Source: Chrysomallon squamiferum (Eukaryota; Animalia; Mollusca). Taken from it: a stretch of DNA of 64,000 bases. The stretch lies in assembly GCA_012295275.1 (NCBI GenBank), contig CM022665.1, forward strand, positions 28,086,001 through 28,150,000, written 5' to 3'. Each line of letters opens with the position of its first letter. Within the stretch, counting starts at the first letter, position 1. The translations under genes and the position numbers were made by a program. Below the pieces are notes generated by a model. That model saw only the letters and a program-made list of their open reading frames with translations, ran no database searches and had not been told where the DNA came from. Positions 27,344-40,610 of this stretch are shown piece after piece.

Positions 27344-30271
27344 TATATATATATATATATATCTCAATCATGCTTTCAAAATTATGCTTTTTTTAAATTA
27401 TTATTACAGGTGAACTTGAATAATTGTTAAAAATAAATAAAAGAAATGAAAAGGAAATTTATAAACAGTTTTAACTTTATAATGATTGTCCAAATGATAT
27501 CAGGGATAGGTTAAAAGCTGCCCACTGAATTCATGGCTATATAACATCAGTTACAGTTATATCTGGGATATGCATTTAAAATTTTATAAATTTAACAAAT
27601 GAAGACAACCAAATTAAGGCTCTTTTTTTCTTCTTCTTTAACTTTTAAATCCAAGTTTCCTATTACTAAATCAAACAAATGTTGATCATAACTGTAAAAT
27701 TTCATTAATAACTAAATTTTAAAAAGGAAAACATTAATAAAAAAAAAATTAAAAATATTAAAATATATACACATATTTCTTTAATTTTTTTTATAGTATT
27801 ATTATTTTTTTTTTTTTTGCAAGATCATACTGATTTGAGATTTAAAATAAAACATTTCAAATGGGAAGCAGAACAAATTTGTGAATTTTAATTAAATTTC
27901 AAAATTCATACTTAATTTCTAAAATCTGGGCAAAAATGCCAAAATGGGGAGGAAAAAATAAATTAAAAAATCCAACTATTTACCGGTATTATAGAAAAAA
28001 CAAACAACTTGATATAATTTTCTTGAGTAACAACCATATTTTTTAAATCAGAACAATTATATTGGTCAACCACAAATTTTCAAACTTGAGAATTATGCAC
28101 AATTTATAATGACAATTTAAAATATATATAACAATAATAAATATAATCAAATTAATAACAATAAAAAAGAAGCCGCATACAAATAAAATTTACATTTTGT
28201 ACAAGCTTTTTGAAAGAAGCATGATAATGTACATTACTTAGCGATTGATGAATTACTAAAAAAATATATATACTGCATGTAAAATAATGCCAACACTGAC
28301 TGGAAAAAGCGGGGAAAAAAAAGAAAAGAAAAAAGAAAAGCAATACAATTTAATGTAAATCAGCAAAAGAGAAACAGCAAACATCTGATCCCTGTCAATG
28401 ACATAATCGGATCCCAAAATATTCTTTATATAAATATAATTCATAACAATTGAAAAAATAAAAAAAGATAAAACTACTAACGAGGAAGAGAACAAAAAAA
28501 ACTTATTTATCACCAACTTTAAAAATGGTATCAATTAATATTAAAGTTGTGTATCATTACTGTCTTCTGAACAGAGGTATGAATTCTGGCAGATATTAAT
28601 ACATACTGAAGGAATATATTAGATTTTAATTGCAAAATCTTCCTGTACTTGTTGCTATTGCATCTTTGAATATTTCAATCCTTTGTACTGTAAGATTTAC
28701 ATGAAGCTAGTATGATAACATGTTATAAAAATCTATTATTTAACTGAAAGTTATTAACTTTAGCCATTCTTTTCTTTGTCAAAGATTATTACTTTTTTAA
28801 AATTTATAATAAGTGGCAAACATTTATATTTTAAGAAAATAAATTTCGAATATACTGGTTAAATATTTGGATAAGTTTATGTTGATGAATCTTCACAATA
28901 TTAGTTTCTGACTTTTATTTTTAAAATAATGGTCAGTATTTTCCAAAATCTCTGCACCTGATAAAAATAAGTACATTTTGTTGTAAAAAAGAAACACTAA
29001 TCAAAAATAAAACCCACAAAACCTAATCATATTAATACAAACTGATACTGAACATTTTAGATGGAAACAATGTAATATATTTTCATCAATATACTGTTCC
29101 AAACTGCAGAAAATAACTTAAATATGCCATCTTCAGTGCATCTAACAATGCATTTGCTACTGATTAGCTTATTTTTACTCTTTAGAATTCTCAATTTAAA
29201 CATTTTGATGAAAAAAACAAATTGGTTTAGTAAAATGTCCTGGACATTTTTCTAAAGCAAATTTTTAGGCATATAATTTTCTTAACTGCTTGGTTATTTT
29301 CTTAATTTGAATTAGTTCATTCTAACAAAATGAAAACTAGTCTGATTTCTAATATAACATGTGACTCCATAATTATTAGTTACTGAAAATTAAATGTACA
29401 TATAATAATTATATTAAGAATATCAGACTTTTACATGAATTTTTTAAAATAAAAATTGATAGTACATTTCCAATAAGAAATAAAAGTCTGACCACCTTCA
29501 TTCCATGAATCTTAATAAATGATTACAGAATGCAATTCATTAACTGTCCTTAAGTTGTTTCTTTACAACATGACTCATAAACAAGTGTAATAAATACAAG
29601 GTGATTATATTAATAAACATACATTGATAATACACAAAACTGATTATGTTAGTCTAATAGTAAATATACATTCTTTTTACTCTGTTTCTTCATTTTGAAG
29701 ACTTGTCTGTCTATAACTGAAAATGGCAATTCAATTTTTTTTTTTCACTCCATTTAGAATTTGAAATATTGCTCATTTGATAAAAGTTTCTAAAGATACA
29801 GTAGTTTTTACTGTTGGGATATTATATTTATTTCAGTTTATTAATTGGTATATCTGAAGTTAATTTTGAAAGTCTAAATATCTAACAGATTATTTGACAT
29901 TACCTTGCAACATATTACAGTGTATTGTGTAAAACTTTAATCTGTACACTAATTGACGAGATTCTTAGTTATCTTTTATTAGAAAAAATAAAAATAAAAA
30001 TTAATTAACTACTGAAATAGCTGCCCTCCATGTATTTCTCACTAAGTGATGTTGCCAGTATCTTGTTTATACAACTCCATTTACAATTTAAAATATTTCA
30101 AGTTTAAATAATTATTATAAACAGTAGAATTTGAAAATTTTCCTTTACCAGTGTAGCTACCATCACCTTGTTTAAAAGATCCTGATACACTGTAATTTTT
30201 TAAAACCTATTTACTCATTTCCATCTTGTTACAGTACTGAGCTGGTACCTTTTTTTAACTTGTATGTTTTA

Positions 30272-30312
<41 letters not shown>

Positions 30313-30711
30313 ACATACATTATTTTCCTTCTGTTTTATTTAAATATAATGATAACTAATTTTTGATGTTTTATTTATCACACATCTGCATAAGTAACAT
30401 ATACACTACTTCTTGTGATTTCAATAATCTCATAACTAAAAGATGCTTGCATTCAACTACAAGCAAAATAAAATACAAAATAAAATGACAATAAACAATG
30501 TAAAAAAATAAACAATTAAAATTAAAAATTTGGCTGGCTTAGGACATCACTGTATGGAATTATGTATTAAAATATGCATTATCTAAGAAAACAGAACATT
30601 TTAGTAAATCCAGTATAAATAAGTGAATCTGATATTCAAAATGTTTGTGAAAAATCTTATCTTGTTCCAAAATAGAACATTTTCTAACTTTTAATTTTTA
30701 CTAATATATAC

Positions 30712-30747
<36 letters not shown>

Positions 30748-32856
30748 ATGAGTGGGTTGTGTGTGATAAGATATGTTAAGTAATATTCGTTCTAATAACC
30801 AAAAGATCAATGACAAACAACTGTATGAGAGACAGAATGGTAATAAGTACATCAGGAAAAAAAAATCGTTTTTAGACTGTTAATGAAGTATTATTATTAT
30901 TATGATTATTGTTACAGCGTAATCAAGAAAGTAGATTGAAAATAAGTTAAAAGGGCATTTTAGGTTGAATATGTCCATAACAATATTTCATCTCTCATTA
31001 TAAAATGGATCTGGAAGGATACTTTATATTCCTTAGTGGATTGCAAGTTTGATTTAAAGACGTAACTGCAGTTTAAAAAGACAAAAGAATAATATTAATA
31101 CATATTAGTAACAAAACAACAACATGCCAACTGATGACAGACATTGGGGGAAAAAACCCCACCTGATACACACTGGCAAGACAAACTGAACTATTAAACT
31201 TTTTAACAAACAGGATTTTATTATTTCTAATGCATATTTCTGGATTCTACACAGTTTTGTTTGTATTACAAACAGCAATATCCATGTCCTTAAGTGATAT
31301 CATTGTCAAAATGCACCTGTTAATGTTGATATATCTGGAACAAACTGTGACTATGCAATGGACAGATGATACATTGCACAATTCAAAGCTAATGTCAAAT
31401 AAACTTTCAAGCTTCATGCATGATCTAAAAGCCTACCACAAGTGAAAAATCACATAAACAAACCATGGCACCTGTACAGATGCACGCACACCCACACGCA
31501 TTCTGCAGACACACAGTTCAAATGTTACTGAAGACTAAATATATTCTGCACAAAAATGGGAAAAACAAAATTTCAAATAAAACCAATTTAATACAGATTA
31601 AAATTCATTACAAACTACTGTTAGTGGTTCTATCTACACTGCTCCACATACAAACATGTGAAATATTTTGTATTCTGTGACTGAACAAATCCTCATCTAA
31701 AAAAGGCACAAATGTCTATAGTTTATTTCTTCCTCTTCTGCACACTCATCAAATGAAAAAAAAAAGACATACTGAAAGGTGTCAGTTTGTAAATTTAAAA
31801 AAAAAAAAAAAAAAAGGAAAAAAAAACAGATAATAAAATAAAAATAACAATCAAAAAATGTCATTAAAAACATTTAAATATTTTAAAAAATATTATTTAA
31901 TTACTTTTCAGTTACTATTACTCCATACAATTTAAATTTAAAAATAAAATTCCAAATCCCATGAAATAAAGTAGTTCAATCTCTGCAAATATGGCAATAT
32001 TTCCAAACACAGGTAATTTAGTTTTAATTTTAAAATAAAATCCACGATGGTTGCATAGAATTCTTTCTTTTTTCAACCAACATGAGACAAAGAAAAGCTT
32101 TTTAGAATCTTTTTTTTATCTCTTTAAGATAAATTAAATACTTATTACTAATAAATATGCCCAAATGTCTTCTCTTTGTAAATAAAAATGACCACAAATA
32201 TTCAGATCAACTTAGAAAATAATTGTACAAAAAAACTTTACTAAGAATATAAACAAATCCACAACACTGAAACTTTCTGCTCAACTGAAAAATAAAAGAA
32301 ATTCGTGTGGCAAATGAACAAGTGGTCACAATGACAGTGGTTGGGAAACCATGTGCAATGGACGGACAGGATTAACAACTTATTGAAAAAAGTCCTAACA
32401 GAAACACAGAATAAAAATTATAATAAACAGATTAAAAACATCTACCATCTCTATAGAGATCATGTTATTGAGAAGAAAAAAATAAAATGTAAATAAAAAT
32501 AAAGTTATTTTTCATTACCAATAACATTTCTAAAAATAAGATTACAAACAGCAGGTGACTACAAAACAAACCAAAACAAAAATAATAATAATAAAAATAA
32601 TAAATAATAATAAATAAAAAAATGTATATATAAGAAACAAAAAAATAAAAAAATAAAAAAAGAACACTCCTTTAGTACATATAAATAAAATCATAATTAC
32701 ACACCTAATTGGTAACAAAATAAATGTACAAAGCAATACAAGGGTAATATTTGTGGGCATTTGACGATCACAGAAAATAATCTATTGTCTGCACATGGGA
32801 AGACCTCATTTGTGGTTTTAGGCTTCAGTCAAGCAGGACAACGATATCTCTAAATT

Positions 32857-35800
32857 TCAAGGTGATGGTTTCTGTAAAAAATATGGAACAAAAATCATTT
32901 AATAATAAAACTAATGTATGTGTATGTGTGTGTGTGTAAGCATGCATACCCACGCACACCCACATCCATAAACCCCAAAGTCAGCATGTCATATTCTGAA
33001 GAAAGGCTGCATTAAGTAAGACACAGAGAAAAAACTGGTTGCAGACCAAGTTATCCAAAATTATATTTTGTATTTTCAGAACAAGGAGAAAAGTGCATAT
33101 AAAATTTCCCTCACTGCTGATCAGTAACAACATGGAATGATAGCACAGGACTCAATTTCTTATATTATTACAAAAAATAAAAACTACTGATAATGAAATG
33201 TCTAGATGTGCTGTTAAATGAATATTTTTTGTTTACTTTAATCTGTTAATTTTATAAAACCTGATTATATGTGACAACTCACCGCAACAGGAATGTCATG
33301 TGTATAAAAGTGTGAGGCAGGCAGCCTGGAGTATCGTATACGAACCACATCTGCAACTTCATCTATCATTCTTAGTGCCTGCAATTAATGAGTAAAATTT
33401 GTTTTATAAAAAATCCAAACAAAAAAACCCAGAGTAAAACATATTAAACACTACAGTATAAATATTAATAGAGTTAATTTTAAATGAGTTTAAATAAGAC
33501 AACAAAAAAAGAGAAAAAAAAAAGAAGACAATTAATAAAAATCAATAAACAACATAAATTAAATATATGTTAACGATTTTTTTTCTACCCATTATAAACA
33601 GTTAAAAATATTCTGGCACAAACCTCATCCATCATTTCTTTTGTGTGGGCTGCAGAAACACAGAATCTAGCTCTACCTTCAATGAGAGGTGTGGCAGGAA
33701 AACCAACCACAACTGTGGCTAATCCTCTCTTCAGAGTCTCTCGGCTGAACTTACTGTGAATTATTCAACAAAGACAAACACAGTGTTAAACACTACAGAT
33801 GAACTTACTGTAAATAACAAAGGCAAACAATATTATGTACAACAAATAATATGGAACAGCATAAACTAATTCTGGTATAGCTGGTAAACAGTACCTACTG
33901 TTATTAAACCAATATCATGAATTGTTTTATGAATTAATTCATATGGCTTTAGCAGTTTTCATATGTTGGATTATATGTAGTTACTGAAATAGGCTGAATA
34001 ATAATATACCATAATTTATGCAGAAATCTTATGCTTTCAAATTATGTTATTGTGATAAAAATAACAAAAATGTAAACAAATCAAATAAATAGTAAATATT
34101 CAACACTGTCTTTTCACAACTAAACATACTTACATAATTTTACCAGGGCTGTATATAAGCAATGGTACTACAGGTGAATCTCTGTTTCCATACACAATCA
34201 CTCCTATCTCATGAAGTCCTTTTCTAAAGTATCTTGCATTGCTGAGAAGTTGTTTAATTCGACGTTGTCCTACAGAAGAGGCAAATCAAAATGAAAATAC
34301 CATGGTATTTTTTTTTTTAAATGGAACATATACAAAAATGACATTAAAATAACAGCATATTTATGAAATCTGTAATTTATATTTGAAGTTGATAAATGAG
34401 AAAAACTCAAATAAACAACAATGCCATAGGTGCTTTTTACTTCTGTACAGAGGTGTTAAAATTATTTAGCATACTCTACTCACAACACAGGTTTCTAACT
34501 TTCAACACTATGTACATCATTTTGTATAGGAAATAAATATATAAATAAAAAAAATAAAAACAGAAGTATTTCTAGATCATTACTCTAGAATTCATGGAAG
34601 CTGAGCACTGACCTTCTCTGATACCAACATTATTATTACTATCTACCTACCTTCATTAGTACCATCCAGTCCCATTATTATTCTCATGGAGGCAAGGATC
34701 TGTGCTGCTACTGGAGGTGACATGACACACGAGTACATAGAACTGTGTGAATACACACGAAGGTAGTTTATCAATTTCTGAAATAAATGAAGTAAGAAAA
34801 TAATAAGCAAACATTACACACACACACACACACAAAAAAACACACTCAAAAAGTATTTTGTAAAACAAAATTGTTTAAAAATTAAACAGGTAATAATTTT
34901 TTCAACACACAGATACACACAAACTGGTTTATCAAGTTTTACAGCATGAACAACATAATGAAATGAAAATGTATGAATTTTAGTCACCTTTGATCCAGCT
35001 ATATATCCACCAGCTGAGGCAAAACTCTTTGTGAAAGTTCCCATCATGACATCAATTTCTTTTGGGTCAATTCCAAAGTAATCAGTGACCCCTCTCCCGT
35101 GTGGACCAAGGGCACCAATGCTGTGTGCTTCATCCAGGTAAATGTAAGCTTTGTACTTTTTCTTCAGCTTAATTATATCAGGAAGTGGTAATATTGAACC
35201 TTCCATGCTGCATCAAAAATAAAATAGAAGTTTAATAAAGTAAGGAAATAGACAAAAAACCCACAATAAAAACCTATTTTCATATTAATGCATGTTACAT
35301 TTTTAAGTATCTAAGGTAATAGGTGTGTGTACGAAATTACCTATGAATACCCTCCACAACAATCAATATTTTCTTCCATGGTCTCTTTGATTTAGGCTGC
35401 CCTTGAACAATACTTTCCCGCAGCTTTTTTTCCAAGTCTTTGGCATCTAAAAAACAGTATACACAAGTTAATAAATATTAACCAAAATGTATTACCAACT
35501 TTACTAATTACAGAGATCAATAGCTTTGTATGTGTCACTTTATACACATCTAAATGAAAAATTACTAATGACAACTGATATTAAGCAGCAAATTTTATAT
35601 CAACATTTTGAAATGTATTAATAAATATAAAAGTAAACCATGATTTATTTTGTGTATGCAAAAACGGAACAAAAACCCAACAAATTCTTTAAATATATAT
35701 ATTATAATAATGCCAGTAAGATTTCAATTAAAATAATCGTTATGTTAATTTTATTTAATAACAATGGGAGAAAATTTGTCAAGAAAACCATAACATAATT

Positions 35801-38800
35801 TATTAGTAAATAATTTGAAGAGTGGCGTAAAAAAAGAAAGGATATACCATTATGCTTGAAAGTTTTGATAACGGCCCCTGACAGTCTTGCACCAAGTACA
35901 ATGGATGCATGGTTCATTGCATCACTCAGGATAAGACTACCCTATAAAAGCAAAAGCATTGTTAAGATTAACTTTTAAAATCCTTGTATTTATTGAAAAC
36001 TTTGTGAAGTCCATTAAGATTTATGATGGATGTATGAAAGGAAATTATTCTTATTGCTAATATTATTTTTTTAAATCTTTTCAGCATAGAGGAGAAATGA
36101 TGAGTACAAACACATACACACAAAGTCAAGTATATACAATGGAAACAAAACTGAAATTGAAACAATCAAGTTAGAGCATTAAAATATTAGGTACAGAATA
36201 TAAATCACAGTAAACAAGGATCTATACATGCAGGCTGAGGATCTCTTACCTGCAATGTTTAAACCATGTATTTTTCAGATTTAGAATAAAAAGTAACAAG
36301 TCTAGAGATGAAATCCAGTTAAATTTCACATATACAGCTAAAACAGTTAAATTTGTTTACAGTAGCTTTAATAATTTTGTGCATTAAATAAAGCTTATTT
36401 TTATCAAACCATTCTAAAACTAAGATTGAAAAGTTATTTCAGAATTTTGAATAAGCAGTTCTCAACCTTTGTATATATCCATTTACACATATGCATATGC
36501 ACACACACACACATGCACACACACACACACATACATACTGAGATACACCAACAAACAGAGAGACAGTCCTACAATTATCAGCAAGAATTACTGATGTTAG
36601 AAAATCATAGGTATGAAAGGATTTGTATATATATTTGATTTCATCTTGAAACTGTTATATAAATGAAATAACTGCTTTATATATTATACAACAATTAAAT
36701 AAATGTTTTTTTGTTTTTTTTCCCTCGATTTTTTTCTCAATGTTTATTTCTATCAGCAAACTACCATGGACTTTTCCTACATATTTAACAATAATTAATA
36801 AACTTGAACCAGCTTAAATGTTTTTGCATATTTCTTAGACTTGTTATATTTGTATCTGACAGTTAAACTTTTTTATTTGCATTAGACAAACACTATTAGA
36901 TGTAGTAAACTTACTAACAATTCCATACCTAAGTAACATCTGAATAGATTTTAATTAGAATAAATTTGCATTGTTTTAGAACATGTTTTAGAACATCTTT
37001 AAGACAGTCACCTCTCTCCCAAATTTTCTCATTTAAAATGTCTTTCACATTCTGCAGTTTTTACCATTTTAAGTCAAAACAAATGAACATTACACAAACA
37101 CATTTTAATGTAAAGTTTATAACATGCTGAATCAGCAAAATTTAATTTATATGAATATACCTCAGTGGTACAAATGCTCTGTAAATTGTGTTGTACAGAT
37201 TATTTTTTCTTCAGCACTAGTTTTTAGTTATATACTGATTGTAGAGTATTTTAATGTTTTTAAATTATATTCTTCAATTACATTTCTTTCTTTTTTTCAA
37301 CTGTTTCTGCATTAAGTTAACTGCATTATACTTTTACTAAATTACAATGTCAGCAGCAGTTTTCTTTAATATATCCTTTACACCATTCACCAAAAACTAA
37401 TATCATTCATTTACAAAGTGATGGATATTAGCTAACATAACCACCAGTCTCTCTTCAGTTCAGAACATAAAACGTAAGTAATTTATGTAAACAAATAATG
37501 TAATAATTTTAATATTCATTTAGAAAAATCAGGCCACTGTGGCTGATTGAATCAGCTTGAAAATATATTTTAACTGCAAACATTTCAAGCAAAATGATCT
37601 TCTAACAAAAGCATAAGAAAAGTATACTGCCAGTCAGCCCTTCATGTATATAATATCATGACTAGTTAGAAAGGAAAACATTACTGCATTCAAATGTTTT
37701 GTAACAACAGTACTTCACTGTCATTCCTTGCCTCTTATTAGTATAAGAAAGAAGTATTTAGAAGTGTTACCAAAGGTATATATTACTGTTATTGTTATTA
37801 TTATTAAAATTATTATTATTATTAAAGCAGATTGCATCATTATGCATTTACCAATTACCAAATAACGTAGTGATGCTCCCAGTACATACATACATACATA
37901 CATACACACACACTAATAAAATGGAAAGAAAATGATTATGACATAGCCAGGATTAGTAAAGAAGTGACATATCAGATTAAATGATGGTGACCATTAACCA
38001 ATCTCTCTTCATATATAGTCACATCTCTAAAGAGAGAAACCGACCAATTGTCACAAGCTGCATCTAGTCCTGCAGTCCATCATTTGTGGATTTGGACCTC
38101 TAAAAACACATCCACTGATGTTAAGACTTAAGGCTTTTCCATTTAGTCACAGGCATTGAGAATCCTTGACTTGGTCATGTAAGTGTTTTTGTAAGTTGTC
38201 AATGTGTGGTTACTCATTTTACTGCAAAGCCTTAACCGTCAATGGTTAACATGTGGCATTTGGAAATCAAACCTGCAAAAATGTATTGTCAAATACATGT
38301 ACATATTTACCAGTTCCAGTATTAAGTTGTCTATTTTTTTAAATCACTTTTAGAAATATCTGACAGTTATGATGATAATGCAGCGACCCACAACCTCAAT
38401 AACATAGGTGTTGTGCAAACACCTAGCAATCAATTATTACTGCACTCACTTCTGATAGTGTGTAACTGTTTGAAAATAAACAATGAAGAGATTTTTTTGT
38501 TTTAAATAAAATAAATAAAACAAGGTTTAAATGATCTTCAACAAATCATATTAGTGGTATCCAATACCAACATTATATTCAAATAAGCAAATTATAATTT
38601 AACATAGGGATGAGATGGCTTCATTAGTAAGACATTTAAAATAATATTTTTGTCAGTATATTATGCATCTGTACAAATGAAATAAAACGTTCAGCTTTTG
38701 TATGTAATTTTTGTTACATTTGTATAAAGTTAACATCCAGTATTTTGATTAAAAACATGTGGCAGAACAATTCACTCAAAAGAACAAGATTTAACAATGA

Positions 38801-40550
38801 TATTGATAAAAATGTTTGAAATAAAAACACTTCACAGTTCAGTCACATATATAAATTGATTCTGAATGAGATTTTTGTACCTTTATATTCATTCAAGACA
38901 TATTTCTAAGTAGCCAAGTGATAAAAAAAGGTTTTGGGTCAAATCAAAGATATCTATTAATGCTTTACATATAATTTAAAAAACTAAAATTTTAAATCTC
39001 AAAATTGTAAAGATATACTTATAAATTTCCAAATACATGAAGTGAAAAATAAACAAAATACACCATAGAAAAATGTGAAAATAGTTTCATTAGATGAATA
39101 ACATGCACTAAGAATGAATACTTTTTTAATGGCAGCTCAATGCAAAATGTATCTGCTGTAGGAGTGTCATATGTAAATATTTTAATCAATAAAATCTAGT
39201 TGAAATTTAAATGAAAACAGACTGTGGATGTTGAATGTGGTCAAAGATTAATGAGATTTATGTAATATTGAAGTGTTTGTGCAATAACAAATGTATCATG
39301 AATTAATTCATACATGTTTCACCACAAAATCAGAGTTCAGATATTCTTTACTTACTTTCCTCACCAAACATGGAATGTTCATAGAGTTTGTGGCAAAACC
39401 CATTGGAAATGTGATGGCTGCCTCCAAACCCAAAAAGTCTGCTACCAATCCGTCTAGTTCTTTGTGGATTTCCATGTAACCTAAAAACAAGAATAAACAA
39501 CTGAATTAAATAAAAATATTGATGAACCATCCTCAACATCATATATACATGAAAGTAATAAATAGTGAAATCAATCACCTTTGTACTAAAATATTCTAGT
39601 TTAAATAATATCAGACAAACATCATGAAATCTTGGTCACTTTATGCTTCATTTTAAAGTGAGTCAGTATGATTTATATTATGTCCCCTTCTAAGTAATGA
39701 GCTCCACATTTATTTTAAAAACACCAACTCATTTTATTCTATTCTCATCAGTACAGTCAATATAATTAACAGCCAGAAAAAAAGTGCAATGATATTTCAA
39801 TCCATGGTCTAAAAAGTAATCATTTTGTTTCATTAGAACAGCTGAAATCAATACTGGGGTCATCAAAAAAATAATAATAACAATAGTTATAATAAAAAAA
39901 AGAAGAGTTAAATTACACCATCCATAAATAACATTTAACTATTCGCTTTTTTTTGTTATTACTTACTTAAAATAAACTAACAGTCAGCATACTGATGAAT
40001 CAAATTATAAATTTAACAGGAATACAAAATGAAAATAATAGTCTAGAGCTGCAATTTTGAAAAGTGTTTGCTGTCAAAAGGTTTTCATTAATGAGCATGT
40101 TCAAGTAGCTATTTTTTTCTTTCTTTAAATACTTTCCTTTTTAAAACAGACAAATAGGCATAAACAATTAGTTTAAAATTTTATTTGAAATAGTGAAACA
40201 GAATTATCTAAAATAGAAGTCAAGTTTTAAATGTGATGAAAATAGTAAACAACATATTGAAGAGAAAACCACTTTTTTTCCTTTTTGACCTTAAATGAAA
40301 GGGAAAAAATAAAATCAATACCATAAATTTGCTTTCAGAAATGAACTCTATTTTACTTAAAAGCTAAAGTAATTCATTAGCTGCTAAGCACTGCCTTTTT
40401 ACCTGGCTTTAAAAAACATAAAACATAAAAAGCTATACTGTTAACAAAATGTAAATTAACAGAATATATTTATTTGTCCTTGAAATTATTTTTAATAAGA
40501 TTCAGTTTATTTTTTGTAATAATGTAAATTTAAAAATAAAAACGATATTA

Positions 40551-40610
<60 letters not shown>

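Noticed and set aside
37880-38330. GC-richer intronic segment, possibly a SINE/LINE relic (similarly 8395-8640)
   Set aside because: No diagnostic boxes, termini or coding motifs were recognised.
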